Assembly: GCF_964188315.1 (NCBI RefSeq)
Contig: NC_135672.1
Coordinates: 13,640,001-13,704,000 of the forward strand
Length of the DNA stretch: 64,000 nt
From: Podarcis muralis
Taxonomy: Eukaryota
Direction of reading: 5' to 3'
Both the position numbers and the translations under genes were made by a program. Of the stretch, positions 43,801 to 52,343 are shown piece by piece. Each line of letters begins with the position of its first letter. Position 1 is the stretch's first letter. The notes below the pieces were generated by a model. The model was given only the letters and a program-made list of their open reading frames with translations. It searched no databases and was not told the origin of the DNA.

Positions 43801-44267
43801 CTTCTGCAGCCCTCCCTCCGCCGTTTAACCCTTGGCCCGCCTCCCCGGGGGCAAGCACTCTGCCTATGCTCAGAGGCACGGCTGCCTCCACCATTCACGA
43901 GGAAACGGAGGGGGGGCGGGCCACACGCCAGGCTCCTCCACCCAACAAGCCCCGGCGCTCTGCCCATGCCCAGAGGCCCCTCAGCGTACCTCCGCCCCTG
44001 CTGCCCTCCGCCCGCAGCGCTCCCTGGCCGCCAGCCCTCTGCCCATGCTCAGAGGCGCCCTCTCCCCGCTCCCTTTGTCCGGCCTGGCCGCGCCCTCCCG
44101 GGCCGGGCCTGGCGGGGCGGGCGGCGCCTCCTCCTCCTCCTCGGGGCCGGGCGGGCGGCGCCTCCCTCCTGGGCCTCCCCTCCGCCGGGCCCCGCCGCCC
44201 CTCGCCCGCCGCCGCCGCCCGCCTCCCCCCCCCCCGGCCGCCTACCTTCGTTAGCCAGGTCCGCCAT
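25883..44267 (-). CDS. RANBP3: Ran-binding protein 3 (~543 aa, 17 exons)
   Basis: Exons 44246-44267, 42781-42836, 39347-39520, 36415-36451, 35582-35668, 34109-34174, 33738-33830, 32498-32604, 32141-32230 (acceptor less certain), 31518-31621, 31270-31348, 30057-30159, 29142-29266, 28417-28537, 27529-27671, 26999-27179, 25883-25926; phases consistent (1632 nt). MADLANEEKPAIAPPVFVFQK, NLS PPVKRERTSS, two FVFGQN motifs, RanBD (KVEVITGEEAESNVLQ...SWVERGRGLLRLND...LILNTKLW), C-terminus EGDGQTTGGT*. Confidence 0.96.
26316..26677 (+). mobile_element. Sauria SINE, full length
   Basis: tRNA-like head GGGACGCGGGTGGCGCTGTGG...GGTTCGAATCC and (ACCTTT)n tail. Confidence 0.9.
27720..28190 (+). mobile_element. 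L2 3' end with tandemly duplicated tail
   Basis: The block GACTTT(T/C)AGAAGACATCTGAAGG...GAGCCGCCCAGAGT occurs twice (~27885 and ~28055); a similar fragment lies at ~11075-11310. Confidence 0.75.
29643..29838 (-). mobile_element. Sauria SINE, 5' half
   Basis: Reverse complement of the SINE head and body. Confidence 0.8.
30523..30878 (-). mobile_element. Sauria SINE with 11-bp target-site duplication
   Basis: Full element reversed; TGCCAGAACCT at 30506-30516 and 30880-30890. Confidence 0.9.
32848..33065. mobile_element. Tc1/mariner-type MITE
   Basis: TIRs CAGTCGTACCT...AGGTACGACTG with TA on both sides; relatives at ~10610-10820, ~36640-36850 and ~28880-28965. Confidence 0.8.
33255..33625 (-). 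mobile_element. Sauria SINE
   Basis: Reverse-complement SINE body and head. Confidence 0.85.
38303..38517. mobile_element. Tc1/mariner-type MITE
   Basis: Perfect 18-bp TIR CAGTGGTACCTCGGGTTA / TAACCCGAGGTACCACTG; TA on the right flank. Confidence 0.85.
39937..40143. mobile_element. Tc1/mariner-type MITE
   Basis: TA-CAGTGGTACCTCGG ... AGAGGGACCGCTG-TA. Confidence 0.75.
42924..44054. repeat. Degenerate tandem array in RANBP3 intron 1, ~10 copies of core CTCTGCCYATGCBCAGAG
   Basis: Core at about 42926, 43152, 43346, 43406, 43492, 43635, 43772, 43858, 43958 and 44037. Confidence 0.85.
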
Positions 44268-44460
44268 TTTACTTCCTCAGCCACTCCCCACAATGCCCCG
44301 CGCCCAGCCCGGGCAAAAGAGCCGCTCTGCCCGGCCGGGGAGGCGCACGGGGAGCGGGGGCGCATGCGCGGCGTGCGGGGAGGAGTCGCCGGGGCAACGG
44401 CCCGCCTCCTCAGGGGCGCAGGCGCAGAAAGGCCTCATAGAGGCGGCGCCCCCTAGCGAC
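44268..44460 (-). promoter_or_regulatory. RANBP3 CpG-island promoter with NRF1 and CTCF-like sites
   Basis: GCGCATGCGC at 44360-44369; TCGCTAGGGGGCGC on minus at 44446-44459; ETS-like ACTTCC at ~44271. Confidence 0.65.
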
Positions 44461-44632
44461 CAAAAGGCGGTACTACTGGCGCTTGGGTCTGAATTCAAAT
44501 ACTGCGCCAGACCAGGTTGTTAGATATTAATGCCGCTAGTCCGTATGATAAAGACTCATGGTACCCAACCCCAAAAAACTGTGTTGTTAAAAATTTGTAA
44601 ATGGAGTTTAATTGATGTTTAATAAAGTTAAT

Positions 44633-45238
44633 GTGAGAGGCAGTGAGAGATTTTACTTTCTTGGGCTCCATGATCACTGCAGATGGTGACAGCAGTCACA
44701 AAATTAAGAGATGCCTGCTCCTTGGGAGAAGGGCAATGACAGGCCTTGACAGCATCTTGAGAAGTAGAGACATCACCTTGCCAACAAAGGTCCGTATAGT
44801 TCAGGCTCTGGTTTTCCCAGTAGTGATGTATGGAAGTGAGAGCTGGACCATCCAGAAGGCTGATCTCCAAAGAATGGATGCTTTTGAATTATGGTGCTGG
44901 AGGAGACTCTTGAGAGTCCCATGGACTGCAAGAAGATCCAACCTCTCCATTCTGAAGGAAATCAGCCCTGAGGGCTCACTGGAAGAACAGATCCTGAAGC
45001 TGAGGCTCCAATACTTTGGCCACCTCATGAGAAGAGAAGACTCCCTGGAAAAGCCCCTGATGTTGTGAAAGATGGAGGGCGCAAGGAGAAGGGGACGACA
45101 GAGGATGAGATGGTGGGACAGTGTTCTCGAAGCTACCAGCATGAGTCTGACCAAACTGCGGGAGGCAGTGGAAGACAGGAGGGCCTGGCGTGCTCTGGTC
45201 CAGGGGGTCACGGAGAGGCGGACACGACTAAACAACAA
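44633..45238 (+). mobile_element. BovB (RTE) LINE 3' fragment
   Basis: DFTFLGSMITADGDSSHKIKRCLLLGRRAM...VFPVVMYGSESWTI...DAFELWCWRRLLRVPWTARRSN...LQYFGHLMRREDSLEK, followed by the characteristic BovB 3' tail ending GACTAAACAACAA. Confidence 0.92.
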
Positions 45239-46319
45239 AGTCCTTATGATAAAGACTAATGGCACCGAACCCCCCAAAACTGCAAAAAACTGTGTTATTT
45301 ACAATTTGTAAATGGAGTTTAATGGATGTTTAATAAAGTTAATTTGAATTAAAAGAAAGAAATGTTCAGCCTCTCATCTACCTCCCCAGCCAGGGAACCA
45401 CTTCACTGCGTCCGGAAACATCTCGATCACAATCCGCAGTGTGCAATAATAATAATAATAATAATAATTCATTAATTAAATTCCTATAAACCTGCCAGCT
45501 TTTAATAATCCTCACCTACCTCCCCAGCCAGCGACCCACTTCACTGTTTCCCAAAACATCCAGGGGGCTGCCCCTCTCCTCAAGCACAGCGCCTCCAGCT
45601 CATCCCCCTCCTCTGGGCGTCTGGGGCAGGGGAAACCCCCCACCCAGCCCACCCTTGAGTCCCCCTTTATGATGGCGGCGATGACAGTCCCTCTGCCCCC
45701 TTGGGAGGAGGGGGAGTCTGGCTGCCGAGCTGGGGCTGCTCTCATCCTTCCCCTCCCCGGTTTCAAGAGCTCCTCTGACTCTGTAGCGTTGGAAGGGGCT
45801 CCCAGGGTCATCTAGCCCAACCCGCAGGCAAAGGTCCCCTGGCAGAACACCACGCCGCCTCTCTTTATTCATTTCTTTATTTCATTTTTAAAAAATTCAT
45901 TACATTTCATTTATTTTAGTTTCAAAAAAATATGACTTCCTTCCCCCTTTCTGCGGTTCCTTAAATTAATTTTTTTATAAAAATATATTCTGCGTATCCG
46001 AATTCATTTCATCTGCTTAAAATATATACTCCTATGAAACTGCAGGTCATTACAACTATCCTGCCAGTGTCCTTGTCTGTTGGCAATTTATCTTTCAGTA
46101 TTCAATATTCTTTTATATATATAACAAGTTGGGTTATCTTCGATTTCTTAATCTCCCGGCAGGTTTCGCCTTTTCTGCAAAATCCCCTTTTTCCAGCAGC
46201 CGCGACGCTCTAGCCAATTCGCTCTTTCCCCCCTCCAGGAGCCGCGACGCTCTAGCCGGCTCTCTCAATGCCTCTTTCCCCCTCCCCTTCCGGGACCCGC
46301 GTTTCCGGCCGCGCCAGGC

Positions 46320-46343
46320 GGTTGCCGCGGCAACCAGGAAGTG
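46320..46343 (+). promoter_or_regulatory. Perfect palindromic RFX X-box with adjacent ETS site
   Basis: GGTTGCCGCGGCAACC (46320-46335) is its own reverse complement and fits GTTGCCnnGGCAAC; CAGGAAGTG at 46335-46343; ~75 bp upstream of ATG 46409. Confidence 0.7.
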
Positions 46344-46408
46344 CTGCCCGGCGGGCCTTCCGGTCCGCCGGTCAAAGCGTTCCCCCGGGGGAGGTTTCTT
46401 CTTCCGCC

Positions 46409-48703
46409 ATGGCCGACTCCTTCAAGGCGAGGAAGCTGCCCAGGGGGAAGCGGCGCTCCCCGGAGCCCCACGCCTACGACCCGTGGGGCTGGGGGGACGC
46501 CGAGTGGGACTGGGAGCTGCCGCCGCCGCCCCGGGTCTGCTGGGAGTCGGAGAGGCTGGCGGAGAGGGAGCCCCGCGCCCCCGTCGAGACGGCGCCCCGG
46601 GGGAGGGGCAAAGGGCGGGGTTCCTGGGGGGCCCGCGAGGAGCCCCCGAGCTGGGCGGGGCCCTGGAGGGGGAGGGGGGCTCGTGGAGGGGGGAGGGGGC
46701 GGGATCGGTGGGGGGGAGGGAGCCCCCCCAAGGAGGAGGAGGAGGAGGAAGAGGAAGAAAAACACTGGAGGGGCTCTCGCAGAGGGGGGCGGGGTTTTCG
46801 CAGAGGGGGGCGGGGTTTTCGCAGAGGGGGGAGGGGCCGGGATTCGTGGGGGGGAGGGAGCCCCCCCAAGGAGGAGGAGGAAGAGTCCTGGAGGGGGAGG
46901 GGCCGGGATCCGTGGGGGGGAGGGAGCCCCCCCAAGGAGGAGGAGGAAGAGCCCTGGAGGGGGAGGGGCCGGGATCCGTGGGGGGGAGGGAGCCCCCCCA
47001 AGGAGGAGGAGGAAGAGCCCTGGAGGGGGAGGGGCCGGGATCCGTGGGGGGGAGGGAGCCCCCCCAAGGAGGAGGAGGAAGAGCCCTGGAGGGGGAGGGG
47101 CCGGGATCCGTGGGGGGGAGGGAGCCCCCCCAAGGAGGAGGAGGAAGAGCCCTGGAGGGAAAGGGGTCCTCGCAGAGGGGGGAGGGGCTGGGATCCGTGG
47201 GAGGGAGGGAGGCCCCCCAAGGAGGAAGCGGAAGAAGAGCCCCCCCAGCAGCAGCATCAGGAGGAGGACCCCTTTAGCAGGAGGAGCCGGTGGGGCAGCC
47301 GGGAGAGGGAGCCCCCCTCGTGGGAGCAGCCGCCTCCGGCCAAAGCCCCCCGGAAATCCCACTGGGGGGGCAGCCCCAAGAGGGAAGCGGGGACGCGGGT
47401 GCTGCTGACGCCGCCAAGGCAGAGCAGCCCCGAGCAGGGGCCCCCCCACAGGCCGCGGGGCTGGGGGGAGTGGGACTCGGCCAGGCACGGGGTCCGCTCC
47501 CCCGGCAGCCCCCCTCGGGGTGGGAGCTGGTGGGGCGAGGCTGAGAGGAGGCGTGGGGAGAGCCCCGGCCGAGAGGAAAGGGGGCGCGGGAGGCAGGCCG
47601 AGGAGGGACCCCGGGACGAGGCGCCCTGGGGCAGCTCGGAGCACGGGGGCGTTTTGGGCAGCCTCGAGCGGCTGGCATGGGAGCAGGGTGGGGACCAGTG
47701 GAGGAACCCCGACTGGGCCAAGGACCAACCCGCCATCGTCACCAGGGGCGGAAGCCCCACAAGGTCCGACCGGCAGCACAGCCAGAGCAGAGACCTCGAC
47801 GGCTGGGGCAGCTCCGCCAGTTTCCAGAGCAGGTGGGCGGCCGACGGAACCGAGGAGGGGACCCCCGAGATGGAGGAGGAGCTGGGGTGGGACGCTGCCG
47901 GAGAGGACGGCGTGCCAGCAGGCTCAGACGGCGCCCACCCCACCCCGCAGGAGTGGACGCCGTGCCAGGAGGTGGTGGACTACTGGACGAGGGCGTGCCG
48001 CACCTGCCTGAGCTTCCGCCAGAGGAGGAGGCTCATGTTGTCCTGCCCGCGCCCCACCTTGCCCGACCGGAGCCACGAGACGCCCGCCCTCAACGCCGAC
48101 ATTGCCAGCCTGGGCGTTGCGCCGCAGCAGAGGGCAGAGCTGGTCGATGCCCAGAAACTGGGCTGGCTCCAGGACGAGGTTCTGGACACGCTGGCCCCGG
48201 CCATGAGCGTCTACGAGATGGCCGAAGAGGCCCTGGAGAAGCGGGCGCCTGTGGACCCCCTGGAATTGCGGGAGTGCGCCCAGCGCCTCCTCCGCCTCCT
48301 GGGCAGCCTGAGCGCCCGGCTGACCCTCCAACGCCGCGTCAAGGCCCTGCGCGCCATCAACCCCCGCCTGCAGTCCATCTGCTCAAAGATGACCAGCCGC
48401 AATTGCAACGGGATGCTCTTTGGCGAGGACAAAGTCCAGCTCCTGAAGGAGCTGCTGGCCAGATTCCCCCAGCTCACCCAGAACAACACCACCTACAAGC
48501 GGACCCGCACTCAGCGCCGGAAGAGCAAGGTGTACAGTGGCCAGCCACCCCAAGGCGCAGGTAAGGCCGCCTTTGCCCGCACCCAAGCCGGTGCCCAACC
48601 TCGCCTGACATTTTGGGGCCAACGGGGGTTCAAAAGGTTGGGGGGCGCCAGCTTGGGGATGCCCTGGGCAGCTCCAAAGTTGCGTTGCCTTTTAGCTGTT
48701 TAG
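46409..48703 (+). CDS. DIRS1-type retrotransposon ORF1/Gag-derived protein with WG/RGG-rich N-terminus (764 aa unspliced; 719 aa if spliced 48560 to 51309)
   Basis: Uninterrupted ORF with Kozak GCCATGG at 46409. 47951-48480 encodes EWTPC.EV..Y...R...R..L...CPRP.L...TP.L...QD.VLD...P...E.A..A...P.DP...E.AQR...LLG......RR...L..I.P.L...G.LFGE, the pattern I recall for vertebrate DIRS1 ORF1. No RT, RNase H or YR ORF nearby. Confidence 0.75.
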   Translation: MADSFKARKLPRGKRRSPEPHAYDPWGWGDAEWDWELPPPPRVCWESERLAEREPRAPVETAPRGRGKGRGSWGAREEPPSWAGPWRGRGARGGGRGRDRWGGGSPPKEEEEEEEEEKHWRGSRRGGRGFRRGGRGFRRGGRGRDSWGGGSPPKEEEEESWRGRGRDPWGGGSPPKEEEEEPWRGRGRDPWGGGSPPKEEEEEPWRGRGRDPWGGGSPPKEEEEEPWRGRGRDPWGGGSPPKEEEEEPWRERGPRRGGRGWDPWEGGRPPKEEAEEEPPQQQHQEEDPFSRRSRWGSREREPPSWEQPPPAKAPRKSHWGGSPKREAGTRVLLTPPRQSSPEQGPPHRPRGWGEWDSARHGVRSPGSPPRGGSWWGEAERRRGESPGREERGRGRQAEEGPRDEAPWGSSEHGGVLGSLERLAWEQGGDQWRNPDWAKDQPAIVTRGGSPTRSDRQHSQSRDLDGWGSSASFQSRWAADGTEEGTPEMEEELGWDAAGEDGVPAGSDGAHPTPQEWTPCQEVVDYWTRACRTCLSFRQRRRLMLSCPRPTLPDRSHETPALNADIASLGVAPQQRAELVDAQKLGWLQDEVLDTLAPAMSVYEMAEEALEKRAPVDPLELRECAQRLLRLLGSLSARLTLQRRVKALRAINPRLQSICSKMTSRNCNGMLFGEDKVQLLKELLARFPQLTQNNTTYKRTRTQRRKSKVYSGQPPQGAGKAAFARTQAGAQPRLTFWGQRGFKRLGGASLGMPWAAPKLRCLLAV
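46889..47152 (+). repeat. Coding minisatellite, 4 x 66 bp (WRGRGRDPWGGGSPPKEEEEEP) plus 3 degenerate flanking units
   Basis: TGG at 46889 recurs every 66 nt up to 47153; the frame is preserved. Confidence 0.95.
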
Positions 48704-48809
48704 CACGTGTCCGTCAGCCTCCAAGTCTCCCCGGATGTGGTTGGGCTACAACTTCCAACACCCTGGAGACCCGGCAGGAGGGAAATGCTGGGAGCAGAAA
48801 CACGTTTTA

Positions 48810-49179
48810 GTCGGGTGGCGCTGTGGTCTAAACCACTGAGCCTCTTGGGCTTGCTGATCGAAAGGTTGGCGGTTCCAATCCCCGTGACAGGGTGAGCTCC
48901 TGTTGCTCTGCCCCAACTCCTGCCAACATACCAGTTTGAAAGCATGCCAGGGCAAGTAGATAAAGAGGTACTGCTCTGGTGGGAAGGTAAACGGTGTTTC
49001 CATGCGCTCTGGTTTCCGCCATGCGCCAGAAGCGGTTTAGTCCTGCTGGCCACACGACCCGGAAAGCTGTCTGTGGACAAACACCGGCTCCCTCGGCCCG
49101 AAAGTGAGACGAGCGCCGCAATCCCATAGCCGCCTTGGACTGGACTTAACCGTCCAGGGGTCCTTTGCTTTTACCTTTT
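48810..49179 (+). mobile_element. Sauria SINE
   Basis: SINE head, body and ACCTTT tail. Confidence 0.85.
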
Positions 49180-49636
49180 AAACGCCGAATAGCATATATA
49201 AGTTTGAAAACCCACTTTGACAAGAAGCGAAGAAGAGCGTGCCAGCTGTGTGGAAGAGCTCTGTGGATTTCCAGTAGGCCTCCCTCACCCCAGAGTGCCT
49301 GGGGCTCCTTTCTTTAAGTCGCCTTGGCTAGCAGTAGCCAAAGGCACTGAGCCCTGTGGCCCGTTCCATGGCGGTGCTGCTCCTTGTGTCTTAACTGGAG
49401 TCCTTCTTCGTTGCTAAGCCTTCTTCCACAGGTGGCTTAGCTGGCCACTGAGAGGACCAGCTGTTTTTAATTTTTTCAGAGAGGAAGGGGCATGTTGCCT
49501 CCCGCTGAACAGCCAGGGGAACTTTATTTTTTTGCCCCACAGCTTTGGGGAGACAAGCATCTCCTCAGTTATCAGGAAGACCAAAACAGGGTCTTTCCTG
49601 GAATCAAATTCCAAGCCGTATTATTATTATTATTAA

Positions 49637-50003
49637 GGGACGCAGGTGGCGCAGTGGTCTAAACCACTGAGCCTCTTGAGCTTGCTGATTGGAAGGTTGG
49701 CAGTTCGAATCCCTGCGATGGGCTGAGCTCCCATTGCTCTGTCCCAGCTCCTGCCAACCTAGCAGTTCAAAAGCATACCAGTGCAAGTAGATAAATAGGT
49801 ACCGCTGCGGCGGGAAGGTAAACAGCATTTCCGTGCGCTCTGGTTTCCATCACGGTGTCCTGTTGTGGCAGAAGTGGTTTAGTCCTGCTGGCCACGTCCG
49901 GGAAAAAGCTGTCTGCGGACAAAGGCCGGCTCCCTTGGCCTGAAAGCAGAGATGAGCAGCGTGACCACAGAGTTGCCTTGGACTGGGTCCTTTACCTTTT
50001 ACC
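49637..50003 (+). mobile_element. Sauria SINE
   Basis: GGGACGCAGGTGGCGCAGTGG head through CCTTTACCTTTTACC tail. Confidence 0.88.
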
Positions 50004-50011
50004 TACCATTA

Positions 50012-50044
<33 letters not shown>

Positions 50045-50323
50045 TACATCTCTACCCGACCTTTTTCGCCAAGGAACTCAAGGTGGTGGAATGCTTTGCT
50101 TCAAGGAGGAGTTCCAGCAGACGGACACCGTCTCACAAGGTGAGCTGCAACCCACACAAATGTATTAGGTGCTAGGAGCTGAGATATATGAACTAGGCAC
50201 CAAACGGCTCCTTAAACCAAGTTGCCAAAAGGGAACGTGCAGTTGCTCTTTTTTTATGCCAGATGGCTCCAAAGTCTTAATTTTCAAATGATGGCCTGGC
50301 ACTGATTGATCCAGTTAAACATT

Positions 50324-50684
50324 GTGCTGTGGTCTAAACCACTGAGCCTCTTGGGCTTGCCAACCGTAAGGTCAGTGGTTCGAATCCCCGCGATGACGGG
50401 CTGAGCTCCCATTGCTCTGTCCCAGATTCTGCCAGCCTAGCAGTTCGGAAGCACACCAGCGCAAGTAGATAAACTGCGGTGTTGGGAAGGTAAACGGTGT
50501 TTCCATGCGCTGGTTTCTGTCACGGTGTCCTGTTGCGCCAGAAGCAGTTTAGTCCTGCTGGCCACATGACCCGGAAAGTTGTCTGCGGACAAAGGCCAGG
50601 TCCCTCGGCCTGAAAGCGAGATGAGCACCTCAACCCCAAAGTTACCTTGGACTGGACTTAACCGTCCAGGGTCCTTGACCTTTT
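50324..50684 (+). mobile_element. Sauria SINE, slightly 5'-truncated
   Basis: Same SINE body as the other copies. Confidence 0.85.
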
Positions 50685-52337
50685 TCCGTACTTCTTTTTC
50701 TTAATGGTGACACAGACCACTAATAACGTAGGAATATTCTTCACAACGGTGAGCAGGGGGAAGCGAAGGCAACAATGCGCTCTAACGCCATTTGCCGCTC
50801 CTGCTCAGGCTGCCCAGAAAAAGCATTTTGGTTCCAGAAATTCAAAATCTAACTGATAAAATTCTACAGGATCTGGGTGTTAGCGTGTGAAAGCGGTCCA
50901 GATCCGGGGATCCCCAGATGACTCTCGCAGGCGGCAAAATGCACATGGTGAATTTCGAACGCCAATCAGGGATAGCGAGTTCGTGATTTGCCGACACAAA
51001 GTCTGGGGGTTCAATCCCAGGTTTGGGGTTTCCTTTTGAGGTGGCCGACTATCCTTCACCCCAGGGTCTTAGGCAGAGGTCGGAGGGCTGTCTGCCAGGG
51101 GCTGGGCTAGATGACCGCTGGTGCCCCTTCCCCCTCTACAGCTCTGTGATTCTGTTATTCTAGGTATCTGGGCCGGCACAGAATCCCTGCCTGAGACCCA
51201 GCAGGACCATGCGCTGAACTGGTCCGACTTCGGTTCCTGATCGGTCGGGGACGGGGCAGCGGAAAAACCAATGGTGCCCGCTTGCCAAACTCCCCCCCCT
51301 TTTCTCAGGGGCTTAACTGGCCCCACAGACACCCAGAAGGAACCCCCCTCTTACCAAGGGCAGAGGGAACTATTTTTGCAACAGAGAGGGGGAGCAGAGG
51401 GGCCAGGAAGCCGGAAGCGGACCGTTCCTCTCGACGGAAGAGACTCCCCCCCCACTTGCCCCCCCCTGCCTGCTCAAGAGTCTGTCCCTTGGCGAGCCAA
51501 GCAGGGCCACCATTGAGCAGTTGGGGGGCCACAGGGCAGAATGGAGCCAAGAAGACAACACTTTTAAACACGACTCTCCCAATCCTCTCTTGACTCTGCA
51601 GCGAGACTGTCTGCCCCCCACCTGGGGGGGCAAGCTCAAGCAGGGGCGTTTTATTGCAAGCCCCCCCCCCCCTTTGTGTGAAAGGCCTCTTGGTTTTCAG
51701 AGAGAAGACATAGCTTCCTTCTAGTGCAAGAAGAGTTTTTCTCTCCCAACGGTGCAAAACTGTTTCTGTTTGAACTTGATTTTGTTGTTGAATATTTTCT
51801 GTGGCGGGGGCTGCTTGCTGGCAGCAGGAAAACCCAGACCCCTCCTTTTTAAAGGCCTTTTGCCTCGCAACAGAAGGGGGCACCCTTTACAACTCTTGGG
51901 CTTTCCTGCATTTTCGTTTCCTGACGGAGGCGTCTTGTGGCAGGGAGTTCCAGCTGGGCTCATATATTTTTTTGCCTACTTCCCCCCTCAAAAAAAAGTT
52001 TTCGCCTGGGGGCAGGAAGCAGACCCTCCATGGGACTTTTTTCTATTTTGGCCGATGGTTTTCCCGTGTCGGATCTCTGGCGGACTCTCTTTTTTTCCTC
52101 CTCCACCCGAAATCGGCTGCTTGGCTGAAGAAACCACATCCCGACGGCTGAGGTCCGAGAGGAGACCCCCCCAGGTTAAGAGGACCACGTTTGCTCTGTT
52201 CCCTGAAGGACGTTTGATGGATTCCTGCAAAGAGGGTCTGGGGGAACCGACCGATTCCTTATTGGTTTGCAACCGAAGCAGCGATCGGAACTGGAGCAAG
52301 AGCTTGGAAGTCTGTTTCTGGGGACCTTCTCTAGTTG

Positions 52338-52343
52338 AATAAA
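52338..52343 (+). terminator. Candidate polyadenylation signal for the Gag-derived gene
   Basis: AATAAA followed by GU/U-rich TGTTCTTTTGTC...TGTGTCTTTT. Confidence 0.4.

Noticed and set aside
43293-44523. 387 aa and 369 aa plus-strand ORFs
   Set aside because: They span the RANBP3 intron-1 array and CpG island; explained by GC content and repeats.
46268-46408. ORF-track start at 46268 for the 811 aa ORF
   Set aside because: It lies upstream of the X-box/ETS promoter motifs in weak context; ATG 46409 (GCCATGG) is the more plausible start.
46265-47943. Long antisense and alternative-frame ORFs (504, 355, 248, 228 aa) over the Gag-like ORF
   Set aside because: Shadows of a very GC-rich, repetitive coding sequence; no recognisable domains.
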